Of a DNA stretch of 59,912 bases, positions 1-9,592 are shown piece by piece (the first letter of the stretch is position 1; each line of letters starts with the position of its first letter). The position numbers and the translations under genes were made by a program. A model generated the notes under the pieces. The model was not told the DNA's origin. It saw only the letters and a list, made by a program, of their open reading frames with translations, and did not search any database. The stretch is from positions 1-59,912 of the forward strand of contig JAZDPH010000057.1 of the NCBI GenBank assembly GCA_043797735.1. The letters run 5' to 3'. Source of the DNA: Candidatus Omnitrophota bacterium (lineage in GTDB: Bacteria > Omnitrophota > Gorgyraeia > Gygaellales > Profunditerraquicolaceae).

Positions 1-15
1 TCTATAACCAACTTT

Positions 16-140
16 TGTCATTGCGAGCGACCGCAGGGAGCGAAGCAATCCCAAACTTATCGACGAGATTGCTTCGTCAGCCGTCTTCGACGGCTTCCTC
101 GCAATGACGGATAATGGTATTGCGACACAGTCTGAATGAC
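16..140. repeat. REP-like palindrome (GTCATTGCGAG...GAAGCAATC...GATTGCTTCG...CTCGCAATGAC) with tail ending TTGCGACACAGTCT
   Basis: Nested inverted repeats; near-identical ~125-bp copy at 16375-16499. Confidence 0.9.
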
Positions 141-164
141 AATGTTTCAGTAATCTCCCAATGG

Positions 165-878
165 TTATTTGCGCAAAGTGCGCTCTTTCAATAAAAGGGT
201 ATAGCCCAGCCCTCCGGCGCCCTTTATTTTAAGGGGCAGCCGTAACTTATCTTTGCTGATCCAGATATCGAATTTATAAGGGTCGCTGGTAAAGTGATAG
301 GCCTGGAATTTCCCTGCCGGGACCTCAATCTCCTCCTCGGAAATTAACTTTACCGTAAACTTCTGCGGAAAGCAAAATACCATGCTCCAGCCGATATAAA
401 GCTCTTTTATGCTGCGCAGGTAAAAAGGAAGGATTACGGCATTGTAAATAGGCCCGCCTGCCTTAAGGATCTGTTCCTGGGCTCCCTTACCTTTTAATTT
501 CCTTATTATAATAGAAAAGTTATCCTGGTCATATTCCTCAACGATATTTTCCTTTAGCGGCCACATAGAGATATCGCGCTCCACCCTTAAGGGCAAGAGG
601 CTCTCCGGAGAACTGTAAATAGTCTCGGTATCCTTAAAATTTAAGACCTGCGTAGTAAAAGTAGCCAATTTCATCTTCTTGCCCAGGAAGTTAACTATGC
701 CCAAATCATTATACTCCGCGCTCCCGGCCGGTTTTATCTGGTAAACAATTCTTTCTCCGCTGAAGTCTTCGCCGTTAATATTTTCTGCCGGGCCCCTGAT
801 TTTGCGCCAGGGCCAGAAATAAACCGCCGTTAAAACGGCTGTAAAAACCAGCGCGCAGATTAAGATCTTTTTTATCAT
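165..878 (-). CDS. Exported DUF3108-like protein
   Basis: N-terminal hydrophobic anchor from MIKKIL (ATG at 878 preferred to 929); C-terminal EEIEVPAGKF...IWISKDKLRLPLKI motif typical of DUF3108. Confidence 0.65.
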   Translation of the reverse strand: MIKKILICALVFTAVLTAVYFWPWRKIRGPAENINGEDFSGERIVYQIKPAGSAEYNDLGIVNFLGKKMKLATFTTQVLNFKDTETIYSSPESLLPLRVERDISMWPLKENIVEEYDQDNFSIIIRKLKGKGAQEQILKAGGPIYNAVILPFYLRSIKELYIGWSMVFCFPQKFTVKLISEEEIEVPAGKFQAYHFTSDPYKFDIWISKDKLRLPLKIKGAGGLGYTLLLKERTLRK

Positions 879-911
879 GTTTTTTATTTTGACCCCTGAA
901 AAACTATTATT

Positions 912-992
912 TTGCACGAATTTCCACAAATAGAAACCGAATTCTCACGAATTTATTCGTGCCAATTCGACAAAAATTCGTGTATATTTGTG
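912..992. repeat. Inverted array of CACGAATT-type units
   Basis: cacgaattt/cacaaat/cacgaattt followed by attcgtg/aattcgtg/atttgtg. Confidence 0.6.
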
Positions 993-1448
993 TTAGAAAG
1001 ACTTTTTCAATGCTCTCTTATTATCCCTGCGCTTCCATTTTAAAAAAGACAAGGTAATAAAATAAAAGGCCATCGCGCAGGCCAGGCCCAGAACAACGCT
1101 CCCTACAAAGAGGGGATAATAGAAACTAAATATGTTGTGGCGGTTAAAGCTCTTAAACATCTGCCAGTTCATTACCGGATAGCCGCCGTTTAATAAGAGC
1201 CTTCCGATGCTGTAGCCGGCCCAGGTGATAAGGGGCAAGGTCGGCGGAAGAGAGATGTTGGTGCCCACGACTATGGCGATCTTATTGGCCCGGGGGATCA
1301 TCAGCGCAAAGAGGACCACTAACAAGGTATGAAATCCGTATAGCGGAAGGATAGCGATAAAGACCCCGAGGGATACGCCGAGGGCGATATCATGAGGCGT
1401 GGTATTACTCTTTAATAAATGCAGTATGCGCTCTTTTAATTTTTTCAT
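993..1448 (-). CDS. DUF2062 membrane protein
   Basis: TPHDIALGVSLGVFIAILP...GTNIS motif; hydrophobic segments. Confidence 0.85.
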   Translation of the reverse strand: MKKLKERILHLLKSNTTPHDIALGVSLGVFIAILPLYGFHTLLVVLFALMIPRANKIAIVVGTNISLPPTLPLITWAGYSIGRLLLNGGYPVMNWQMFKSFNRHNIFSFYYPLFVGSVVLGLACAMAFYFITLSFLKWKRRDNKRALKKSF

Positions 1449-1864
1449 CGGGGGGATTCTTTTTCCTGCTCGGACAGCGGGGCAGGCTTTATCTCCCAGG
1501 AGGCCAGGCTATCCTTATTATCAAGATAAAGATAAATCATATCCGAAGAAAAATACTCGGTAGGATGGCGGTAAATAAGAACTTCTCCTGCCGCGGGGCC
1601 GCCCTCTTTGGCGCGGAAAAATACCGGTTCGCCATAATACGAGATGATCTCCTGCCTGCCGGCGCCTTCTTTTAAGCGCCCATCCTTTAAATCCGCTTCT
1701 AATTTCTTATAGAGGCGCTCTTTTTGCTTTAGATGCTTGCCCATCCGGGCGCGGTTACCCCCCAGGTTCTCTAAGTTCGCCAGCGGCTCATAGCCGGGGA
1801 GAAGAGCGCAGCCCTGTAAAACAAAGATTAAGAAACAAATACTTATCAGCGCCTTGAGCTTCAT
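1445..1864 (-). CDS. Hypothetical lipoprotein
   Basis: Signal peptide with lipobox LQGC; 4-bp overlap with the next gene. Confidence 0.7.
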   Translation of the reverse strand: MKLKALISICFLIFVLQGCALLPGYEPLANLENLGGNRARMGKHLKQKERLYKKLEADLKDGRLKEGAGRQEIISYYGEPVFFRAKEGGPAAGEVLIYRHPTEYFSSDMIYLYLDNKDSLASWEIKPAPLSEQEKESPR

Positions 1865-1877
1865 CTTATAGATAATT

Positions 1878-2055
1878 GAGCAGTGTGCACATAATTCCTT
1901 CAGGCCTTGCGTCTTACGGCTAGGGTTACGATGCCCGTTTCGGTTGTCGGTTATGGTTACGGCTAAAAATTGTCTTAACCGAATACCTTAGCCGATAGAC
2001 GATACGGGCTTCGTAGCCGTAACCGAATACCGTAACCCAATTATGCACACCCCTC
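1878..2055. mobile_element. MITE-like element (IS256-like ends) filled with inverted GGTTACG/CGTAACC arrays
   Basis: Imperfect TIRs GAGCAGTGTGCACATAATT / AATTATGCACACCCCTC; 8-bp direct repeat AGATAATT at 1870-1877 and 2056-2063. Confidence 0.7.
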
Positions 2056-2061
2056 AGATAA

Positions 2062-2454
2062 TTAAGCCAGGGCTTTATTTATGGCTTCCAGGATGGCGTC
2101 TTTGGTAACGGGCTTTGCCAGGACATAGTGCTTGCCGCATTTCTCGCTGGTGGCAATCTCTTCCTTGGTAACAACTCCCGTTAGAAATATTATGGGGATA
2201 CTGGCTGTGGAGGGGGTTTGTGAAAGTTCTCCGGCTATGTCATCGCCTGTTTTGTCGGGGAGAAGGATATCTAAAATTATCAGGTCCGGAATCTCTTGTT
2301 TGGCTAGCTCTAAGGCTTCTACGCCTCTGCCGGTAGAGATAACCTCAAATTCAGCGCGTTCAAGTATATTAGAAAGACGCTCTAATACCTCTGGTTCGTC
2401 GTCTACTATCAATATCTTTTTTTTAGACTCTGCCATCACCTGCCACGATATCAC
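2062..2454 (-). CDS. Single-domain response regulator (receiver)
   Basis: KILIVDDE, PDLIILDILLP, PIIFLT and KP motifs; true start may be 2436. Confidence 0.9.
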   Translation of the reverse strand: MISWQVMAESKKKILIVDDEPEVLERLSNILERAEFEVISTGRGVEALELAKQEIPDLIILDILLPDKTGDDIAGELSQTPSTASIPIIFLTGVVTKEEIATSEKCGKHYVLAKPVTKDAILEAINKALA

Positions 2455-2494
2455 CGATTATTTTGGCTGTCAAGCAATTTATTGGTGGAGTTCG

Positions 2495-2574
2495 TCATTG
2501 CGAGGAGGGCGAAGCCCGACGAAGCAATCTCAAAAAAAGAGATTGCTTCGCTCCCTTCGGTCGCTCGCAATGAC
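2495..2574. repeat. REP-like palindrome (GTCATTGCGAG family)
   Basis: gtcattgcgag...gaagcaatct...agattgcttcg...ctcgcaatgac. Confidence 0.9.
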
Positions 2575-2592
2575 AATTCCGTAAGAAATCTC

Positions 2593-3306
2593 CTATTTCC
2601 TTATATCCCTGGCTAAAATGATCGCTTCGGCAACTTCGCGCATGGCCTTTCGTTTATCCATGCTCTGTTTTTGGATCAGGCGGTATGCCTCAGAAGGCAA
2701 TATGTTTGCCTCCTGCGAAAGGATATCTTTTGCCCGCTCGATAAGTTTGCGGGTAGTCAATGCCTCCTCAGCGCTCCTGGCCCTCAAATCCAGTTCCGCA
2801 TTGAGAATGGCAATCGCCGCCTGGTTGGCAAGGGCAGCCAGCAGGCCCAACTCATGCCTTGTGAATTTATGCCTCTTGGAAGTATAACAGTTCAGCACGC
2901 CGATTACCCGCCCCTTTACGCTCATCGGGACGCTGGCCAAGGAGCAAAGCCTCTCTTTCTTTGCGATATCCCTGCTTAGGTAACGGGGATCTTGCCTGAC
3001 ATCGTCAATGCATATCGCTTTATTGCCGCGGGCAACCTCGCCGGCAATGCCTTCGCCCAGCTTGATATTCGGTTTTTTATTATACCGTTCGGAGATAGAC
3101 TGCGTCGCCCGCACCACCAGCTCCTTTGCGTCGGCATCCAGGAGCATCAGCGATGAAATCTTGGAGTTCATTATCTCGGCGGTAACCTGCACGATTAAAC
3201 GCAGGAGTTCATCCAGATACAAACCGGAGGTAATCAGGCCGGCGATCTTTGAAAGCGCCTCAATCTGCTTCAGGTAAAGCTTATATCCCTTCTTTGACTT
3301 CGGCAT
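2593..3306 (-). CDS. GAF and ANTAR domain RNA-binding regulator
   Basis: GAF (GEGIAGEVA, VPMSVKGRVIGVLN) plus ANTAR (RKLIERAKDIL...AYRLIQKQSMD...MREVAEAII). Confidence 0.9.
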   Translation of the reverse strand: MPKSKKGYKLYLKQIEALSKIAGLITSGLYLDELLRLIVQVTAEIMNSKISSLMLLDADAKELVVRATQSISERYNKKPNIKLGEGIAGEVARGNKAICIDDVRQDPRYLSRDIAKKERLCSLASVPMSVKGRVIGVLNCYTSKRHKFTRHELGLLAALANQAAIAILNAELDLRARSAEEALTTRKLIERAKDILSQEANILPSEAYRLIQKQSMDKRKAMREVAEAIILARDIRK

Positions 3307-3312
3307 AAATCA

Positions 3313-4641
3313 CTATAATATAGGCAGATATTTATCTATCTCGTATTGGGTGACCTGCGCCTTGTATTCATCCCATTCCAGTTTCTTATTGCGGATGAAA
3401 AAATTAAAAAGCTCATCCCCCAGCGCCTTTTTGACCAGCTCCGACTTCTCGGTTACCTTTATTGCCTCCAATAGATCCTCCGGCAGAGAATTAATCTTGG
3501 CGCGCGCCCTCTCCTCGTCCGTCATCCTATAGATATTATCGTTTGCCGGCTCCGGCAGGCCGTAGCGCTTCTCTATGCCCTCTAAGCCCGCCGCCAGCAT
3601 CACTGAAAACGCTAAATACGGATTACAGGCCGGATCCGGCGCCCGGTATTCAACGCGCGTGGACTTCTCTTTGCCGGGTTTATACATCGGAACCCTTATT
3701 AGGGCCGAGCGGTTCATCTGGGCCCAGCAGATATAAACCGGGGCCTCATAACCGGGGACAAGGCGCTTGTAGGAGTTAACCCATTGATTAGTAACCGATG
3801 TTATCTCGCAGGCATGCTTCAATAATCCGGCGATAAATTGCCTGGCAACTTTTGAAAGATGGTATTTTTCTTTCTTTTCAAAGAAAGCGTTTCTCTTCCC
3901 CTTGAATAACGACTGGTGCGTGTGCATCCCGGAGCCGTTTATCCCGTATACCGGTTTGGGCATAAAAGTAGCATGCAGCCCTTTGCCCTGGGCAATTTCT
4001 TTGGCCACCAGCCGATAGGTCATCACATGGTCGGCCATGGAAAGCGCGTCGGCATAGCGTAAATCTATCTCGTGCTGGCTGGAGGCGACCTCATGATGGC
4101 TGTATTCCACCACAATCCCCAGGCCTTCCAGGGCGCTGACGGTTTCGTTGCGCACATTCTGGGCGACATCCAGCGGGGTTAAGTCAAAATAACCCCCCTT
4201 ATCCAGTACAATGGTATTCTTGGGGTTATTAAAATAAAAATATTCCAGTTCCGGCCCCACGTAATAAGTAAAACCCATTTTCTTTGCGCGCTGGAGGTTT
4301 TTCTTCAGCACATAGCGCGGGTCAGCCGCAAAGGGTTTTCCGTCGGGCATATAAATATCGCAGAACATCCTTGCCACCGGCTGATCCTTTGATTCCCACG
4401 GCAGTATGGCAAATGTCTCCGGGTCAGGCCGGGCAATCATATCCGATTCTTCGATACGGGCAAAGCCCTCGATGGAGGAGCCGTCAAAACCCATCCCGTC
4501 GCCTATCGCCCGCGGCAGCTCATCCACGGTTATGGTAAAGCCCTTCAATAACCCTAAGACGTCGGTAAACCACAGGCGGATATACCTTACCTTGTGCTTC
4601 TTCACCAACTTTATTACATCGGATTTTGTTTTGGGTTTCAT
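3313..4641 (-). CDS. glnA: Glutamine synthetase type I
   Basis: FDGSSIEGF, HHEVA..QHEI, FMPKP..GINGSGMH and NSYKRLVPGYEAP motifs; AAGGAG RBS supports ATG at 4641. Confidence 0.97.
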   Translation of the reverse strand: MKPKTKSDVIKLVKKHKVRYIRLWFTDVLGLLKGFTITVDELPRAIGDGMGFDGSSIEGFARIEESDMIARPDPETFAILPWESKDQPVARMFCDIYMPDGKPFAADPRYVLKKNLQRAKKMGFTYYVGPELEYFYFNNPKNTIVLDKGGYFDLTPLDVAQNVRNETVSALEGLGIVVEYSHHEVASSQHEIDLRYADALSMADHVMTYRLVAKEIAQGKGLHATFMPKPVYGINGSGMHTHQSLFKGKRNAFFEKKEKYHLSKVARQFIAGLLKHACEITSVTNQWVNSYKRLVPGYEAPVYICWAQMNRSALIRVPMYKPGKEKSTRVEYRAPDPACNPYLAFSVMLAAGLEGIEKRYGLPEPANDNIYRMTDEERARAKINSLPEDLLEAIKVTEKSELVKKALGDELFNFFIRNKKLEWDEYKAQVTQYEIDKYLPIL

Positions 4642-4660
4642 AATTTCACTCCTTAAATGA

Positions 4661-4719
4661 CCCACGCCTCATAAGATGTGCTAAAATTCTGTTCCATAAT
4701 TTTAGCACATTCGGCGGGG
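4661..4719. repeat. Stem-loop repeat (CCCGCCGAATGTG...GAGGCG family)
   Basis: gtgctaaaatt/aattttagcac stem; related copy in opposite orientation at 23590-23648. Confidence 0.75.
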
Positions 4720-4756
4720 TAAGTTCGGCCAACGACTTAGCTTCACTCATCGTTCG

Positions 4757-5917
4757 CTAAGTCGTGGCCTCACTTATAAATCTCGCTATTCTCAAAAACG
4801 CCTCCTTCAGGTCCTGATAACTGGAGGCATAAGATATGCGGATATAATCGCTAAATTGACTTCCGAAGGCGCTGCCCGGGACAACCGCGACCTTTTCCTT
4901 CTTAAGCAGCCTCTCTGCAAACTTAACGCAGTCAAGCCCTGTCTTTTTTATGCAGGGGAATACGTAAAATGCCCCGTCGGGCCTGACGCATTCAAGCCCC
5001 AGCTTCTCCAGTTCCTGCAGGACGAACTCCCTGCGCCTTCTATATTCCCTCTTCATCTCTTCCACCGGTTTCCCCCCCGAATGCAGCGCTTCGCATGCGG
5101 CCATCTGGGAGGTTATCGCTACGCACATAATCGTATATTGATGGATTTTAGTCATCGCCGCGATAATTTGCTTTGGCCCGCAGGCAAACCCCACGCGCCA
5201 TCCGGTCATCGCATACGATTTGGAAAAACCGTTAAGATAAACCGTATTTTCTTTTGCCCCGCCCAGAGTGGAAAAAGGCGTATGCTCAAAATCATAAGTA
5301 AGGTCCCCATAAATTTCGTCGGAGATACAGAGTACCTTACGCCTGGCGAGGGCCTTCTTTAATTCTGTAAGTTCTTTCCTGGTATAAGATATGCCTGTGG
5401 GATTTGCGGGGTAATTCAGGATCAGCGCCTTTGTGCCTCCGGTGATATTCTTCTCCAAATTATCCGGCGTAAGCTTAAAACCGTCTTTACCCGTTTGGAT
5501 ATATACCGGTTTAGCCCCTGCCAGCTCCGCAACCGGGCCGTAGGAGACATAACCCGGCTGGGGGACAAGGATTTTATCCTGCGGGTTTACTATCGCGCGC
5601 AGGCAGAGGTCCAGCGCCTCGCTTACCCCCACGGTAACGAGAATCTCTTCATCCGGGCAGTAATCCAGGCCGTATCTATTCTTTAAAAAACGGCTTATCC
5701 CTAAGCGCAGTTTATAAAGGCCTTTATTGGAGGTATAAGATGTAAACCCCTGCTCTAAAGAATAGATTCCCGCCTCGCGGATGGGCCAGGGAGTTACAAA
5801 ATCCGGCTCCCCTACCCCTAAAGAGATAACATCCTCCATGCCGAGCACCAAATCAAAGAATGCCCGAATGCCGGAGGGCTGCATCTGTTGGACTTTATTA
5901 GAAATAATATTATTCAT
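4757..5917 (-). CDS. PLP-dependent aminotransferase class I/II
   Basis: GVGEPDF, NYPANPTG, SDEIY and NGFSKSYAMTGWRVG motifs. Confidence 0.95.
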   Translation of the reverse strand: MNNIISNKVQQMQPSGIRAFFDLVLGMEDVISLGVGEPDFVTPWPIREAGIYSLEQGFTSYTSNKGLYKLRLGISRFLKNRYGLDYCPDEEILVTVGVSEALDLCLRAIVNPQDKILVPQPGYVSYGPVAELAGAKPVYIQTGKDGFKLTPDNLEKNITGGTKALILNYPANPTGISYTRKELTELKKALARRKVLCISDEIYGDLTYDFEHTPFSTLGGAKENTVYLNGFSKSYAMTGWRVGFACGPKQIIAAMTKIHQYTIMCVAITSQMAACEALHSGGKPVEEMKREYRRRREFVLQELEKLGLECVRPDGAFYVFPCIKKTGLDCVKFAERLLKKEKVAVVPGSAFGSQFSDYIRISYASSYQDLKEAFLRIARFISEATT

Positions 5918-5925
5918 AATATAAA

Positions 5926-6000
5926 AAGGTTGAGGATAAGGATAAGGTTTAGGTTAAGGTTTAGCAAACTTATCCTTAACCTTATCCTCAACCTTAACCT
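5926..6000. repeat. Inverted hexamer array (AGGTTA / TAACCT)
   Basis: About 6 units followed by their complements, forming a long hairpin; similar array at 22190-22270. Confidence 0.8.
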
Positions 6001-6486
6001 TTAATACGATATAGCTATCCTCTTCTGCTCTTTTCTGTGCCTCAAAATAACCCCGTCTTCCTTGTATTTTTTTAATAAAATATGCGTTACCGTTCCGCGC
6101 ACGTTCTCCAGGCAGGCAAGTTTCTCCGTCACGAAGTTGGAGACCGCGTTGATATTTTTGCCCTCTACCACCACCAGCAGGTCGTAGGCCCCGGAAATCA
6201 GGTAACAGCTGGTAACCTCCGGAAAGGAATATATGCGTTCGGCGATTTTATCGAAACCGACGTCCTTTTGAGGGATGATATTTACCTCTATTAACGCCCG
6301 CACGCCCGAATCCTCTTCCCTTATTAAATCCCTGTTAATTACCGCCTTATATTTAAGTATGGCGCCCTGTTTCTCGTATCTTTTTATTGCCGACCTTACC
6401 TCACCGGGTTTCTTCTTGAGCATCCTGGCAATCTCTTCCGGAGTAGCGCGCGCGTCTTTTTCCAGTATCTCCAGTATCTCATCCAT
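6001..6486 (-). CDS. Lrp/AsnC family regulator
   Basis: N-terminal HTH (ILEKDAR...IARML) and AsnC ligand domain (YLISGAYDL); GGAGG RBS before ATG 6486. Confidence 0.92.
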   Translation of the reverse strand: MDEILEILEKDARATPEEIARMLKKKPGEVRSAIKRYEKQGAILKYKAVINRDLIREEDSGVRALIEVNIIPQKDVGFDKIAERIYSFPEVTSCYLISGAYDLLVVVEGKNINAVSNFVTEKLACLENVRGTVTHILLKKYKEDGVILRHRKEQKRIAISY

Positions 6487-6502
6487 TTTTACCTCCATTT
6501 AT

Positions 6503-7219
6503 TTAAGCCGGGCAGATTTGCGGGCCTTTGCGTTTATGTTCACTCTGCCTGATTGCCTTCTTTACCATTTCAACTTTTTTTCTGGCAGAGGCCTGCCTTT
6601 TCTTCTTATCAATCCTCTCTAAGATATCGTCTAACTCCTTATAAGTTATGCCCATCTCCCCTTCATCGGTCTGGCCAGGCCAGAGGCCTGCGCTGGGGGC
6701 TTTTTCTATAATCTGACAAGGGAGATTAAGCTGCTGCGCAAGTTTTTTTACATCTTTTTTTAACAAGCCGCCCAAAGGCAGGATGTCTACTCCTCCGTCG
6801 CCGTATTTGGAAAAATACCCCATCATCAACTCCGACTTGTTGCCTGTGCCGCAGACCAGATAATTAAGCTTATTGGCGAAATAATACAGGGCGATCATGC
6901 GCAGGCGCGGTTTAAGGTTGTGGACAGAGAGGCCCTCTGCCTTAGGCAGGATTTTAATTAAATTGTCGTAAATGGGCCCCAGATCTACTGTTTTGGCTCT
7001 GATTTTGAGTTTTCTGGCAACTGTTTCGGCATCCTTTAAGTCGCGGCTGTGGCTGTGGCAGGGTAAAATCAGGCTCAGGAGCCTGTTTTTTCCCAGCGCC
7101 TCCTTTGCCAGGGCGGCAGTTACCGAAGAATCCAGGCCCCCGGAAAGCCCCATCACAACACCCTTTGCCCCGGACTGTTTAACCTGAACCCTAATCCATC
7201 GGACAATTCTTTTTCTCAT
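6503..7219 (-). CDS. nadE: NH3-dependent NAD+ synthetase
   Basis: GLSGGLDS, NLKPRLRM, GTGNKSE, GYFSKYGDGG and PSAGLW.GQTDE motifs. Confidence 0.96.
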   Translation of the reverse strand: MRKRIVRWIRVQVKQSGAKGVVMGLSGGLDSSVTAALAKEALGKNRLLSLILPCHSHSRDLKDAETVARKLKIRAKTVDLGPIYDNLIKILPKAEGLSVHNLKPRLRMIALYYFANKLNYLVCGTGNKSELMMGYFSKYGDGGVDILPLGGLLKKDVKKLAQQLNLPCQIIEKAPSAGLWPGQTDEGEMGITYKELDDILERIDKKKRQASARKKVEMVKKAIRQSEHKRKGPQICPA

Positions 7220-7267
7220 CAGAAAAGTTATTAAAAATTGCTGTTTTTATAATATCACATTTCCCTT

Positions 7268-8878
7268 TTATTGCAAGCCCTCTATTGCCGCCTGGGCGAC
7301 GTTAGTAAGGTGGTCTCCGATTTTTTCAAAATTGCTGATGGTATCCAAAAATACCACCCCCGAAAGGACATTGCACTCGCCCCTCTCCAGGCGCCTCATA
7401 TGGCTATCCTTTAACCTGTCCCTGATGGCGTTAATCTGGCACTCTTGCTCCAGGACAATCTTTGCCTCGTCTAAGTTATTAAAGCTCAAAGCATTAATGG
7501 CGCAGGCAATCATTTTGTTTATCTCCTGGTACATATTCTTTAGTTCTTCAAGGGCCGAAGCCGAGAAAAGCATCCTGCGGTCTATTTTCTGCTGGGCAAG
7601 GTCCCTTAAATTTTCCGCATGGTCGCCTATTCTCTCCACATCGTTAATCGCATGTATCAGCGGCGGGATTTTCCTTGATTCCCTTTCGCTTAGTTCATAC
7701 TGCATTAACTCCACCAGGTAATTAGTGATTGCCTCGCGCAGGGAATCAACCGCCTCTTCCCGGCGGGTTATCTTCTCCAGCGACCTCTGGCTATTCTCAA
7801 GAAAACTACTCATTGCCTGCGCCACCATTTTCTGAGTCAAGCCGAGCGTCCTTACTATCTCCTTAACTGCGGCCTCTATGGCAATGGGGGGAGTATTCAA
7901 TAAGTGGCGCTCTAAATATTTCGGGAGATACTCTACTTCCTCTTCCTCTTCCCCCTTAACTATCTTGGTAAGAAAATCAGCAAAGGGCCGGATAAAAGGG
8001 AGAAAAATAAAAGCATTTATAACATTAAATAAGGTGTGGGCGTTGGCGATCTGGCGGGGAATGTTCAATGAGGTAAAGGTAACCAACCGCCCAAAGAATC
8101 CAAGAAAGGGCAGAAAAATAATACTGCCTGCGATATTAAAAACTATGTGCGCTGCTGCCGCTCTTCTTGCGGAAATACCGGTGCCGATGGAAGCGATTAA
8201 TGCCGTCACACAGGTGCCGATGTTACAGCCTAAAATTAAAGGCAGCGCTCCCCTTAAATCAAGCAAGCCCGCCATGGATAAACTAAGGACCATGCCGGTG
8301 GTAACAGAACTGCTTTGGAATATGGCGGTTACCATTGCCCCGGCTAATATCCCCAGCAGAGGATTGTTGCTGAAACTTAACAATATATTATTAAAAACAG
8401 GATATTGCCCCAGAGGCTTGACTACGCTGGTCAATATGCTCAAGCCCAAAAAAAGTATGCCAAACCCCAAAAGGAACTCTCCAATATGTTTGTGTATTTT
8501 TCTTCTGCTGATTATTATTATTAACACGCCTACTCCGATAATCGGCAAGGCATAAGTGGTAAGTTTAAAGGCGATTAACTGCGCGGTAATTGTGGTGCCG
8601 ATATTGGCGCCTAAGATAACGCCCAACGCCTGCAGCAGCGTCATTAAACCTGCGTTAACAAACCCTATAACCATTACCGTGGTAGCCGAAGATGACTGAA
8701 CTAAGCTGGTTATCCCCGCTCCGACTGCCACCCCCCTTAACGGCCCGCCGGTAAGGCTGTGCAGGATCCTGCGCATTCTTTCCCCGCAGGCTTTATGCAG
8801 GCCCTCGCTCATCTCCCAGATGCCGTAAATAAATAAACCCAATCCCCCCACCAGGCCGAAAATTATCTCCTTAAGCAT
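7268..8878 (-). CDS. Na/Pi cotransporter family protein with C-terminal PhoU domains
   Basis: Twin QSSS motifs, GANIGTT/GCNIGT, ERIGDH/EKIGDH; start MLKEI at 8878. Confidence 0.93.
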   Translation of the reverse strand: MLKEIIFGLVGGLGLFIYGIWEMSEGLHKACGERMRRILHSLTGGPLRGVAVGAGITSLVQSSSATTVMVIGFVNAGLMTLLQALGVILGANIGTTITAQLIAFKLTTYALPIIGVGVLIIIISRRKIHKHIGEFLLGFGILFLGLSILTSVVKPLGQYPVFNNILLSFSNNPLLGILAGAMVTAIFQSSSVTTGMVLSLSMAGLLDLRGALPLILGCNIGTCVTALIASIGTGISARRAAAAHIVFNIAGSIIFLPFLGFFGRLVTFTSLNIPRQIANAHTLFNVINAFIFLPFIRPFADFLTKIVKGEEEEEVEYLPKYLERHLLNTPPIAIEAAVKEIVRTLGLTQKMVAQAMSSFLENSQRSLEKITRREEAVDSLREAITNYLVELMQYELSERESRKIPPLIHAINDVERIGDHAENLRDLAQQKIDRRMLFSASALEELKNMYQEINKMIACAINALSFNNLDEAKIVLEQECQINAIRDRLKDSHMRRLERGECNVLSGVVFLDTISNFEKIGDHLTNVAQAAIEGLQ

Positions 8879-9554
8879 ATCCTCTCCCCCTGCAGGCATT
8901 GACGCAGACTCCGCAGATATATTGGTCTACCATGCGCTTTTTTTGAAACTCATTTAATTTTTCAAAACATTTAACGTAGTCAAATTCTAAAAACTCCTCT
9001 TTTATCGCCCCGGCAGGGCAGGCCTTAATACACAGCCGGCACTCTCCGCAGCCGCCGCCCTTTAAGGATTTATCCGCTTTAAGGGGCATATCAGTAAGTA
9101 TAGAAACCAGGCGAAACTGGCTGCCGAACTCTTTATTTACCAATAAATTGTTCCTTCCAATCCAGCCCAGGCCGGCAGAGACGGCTATTTTTTTGTGCGA
9201 AAGGTGCCCCCTGTGATTCTCCCAGTCCAGGATTAACGAAGCCGGTATTGCCAGGGCAGCAAAGCCTTTTCTTTGGATAAAACCTGCTGCCCTAAGCGCC
9301 AACTGGTCTAAGAAAAAATTAACCGTGCGATAGTGATGAAAGTACAGCCGCGTCGGCTCCTCGGTTATCTCCTCCAGTATAGCGCCGGATACATTTATGC
9401 CCAGAGAGATCCCCCAGTCAAGCCTTTTTAAAGTCTCCTGCGAGAGCTTGAATTCTTTTCTTATTTCTTTTATATCGGCAACGCCGAATAAATCCGCGCC
9501 GCCCTCAACGCAGAATTTCTTAAGCGCAAGGTAATTCTTTTCATCTTTCCCCAT
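8871..9554 (-). CDS. Epoxyqueuosine reductase-like 4Fe-4S protein
   Basis: SHKKIAVSAGLGWIGRNNL, CGECRLCIKACP, CGVCVNAC. Confidence 0.8.
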   Translation of the reverse strand: MGKDEKNYLALKKFCVEGGADLFGVADIKEIRKEFKLSQETLKRLDWGISLGINVSGAILEEITEEPTRLYFHHYRTVNFFLDQLALRAAGFIQRKGFAALAIPASLILDWENHRGHLSHKKIAVSAGLGWIGRNNLLVNKEFGSQFRLVSILTDMPLKADKSLKGGGCGECRLCIKACPAGAIKEEFLEFDYVKCFEKLNEFQKKRMVDQYICGVCVNACRGRGYA

Positions 9555-9592
9555 ACTCCCCCTTACTGCCCCCTCCTACCCCTTACTACCCC

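Noticed and set aside
4642-4756. Canonical ANTAR dual-hexaloop target or glnA riboswitch
   Set aside because: No pair of hexaloop hairpins is recognisable; the hairpin present belongs to a dispersed repeat.
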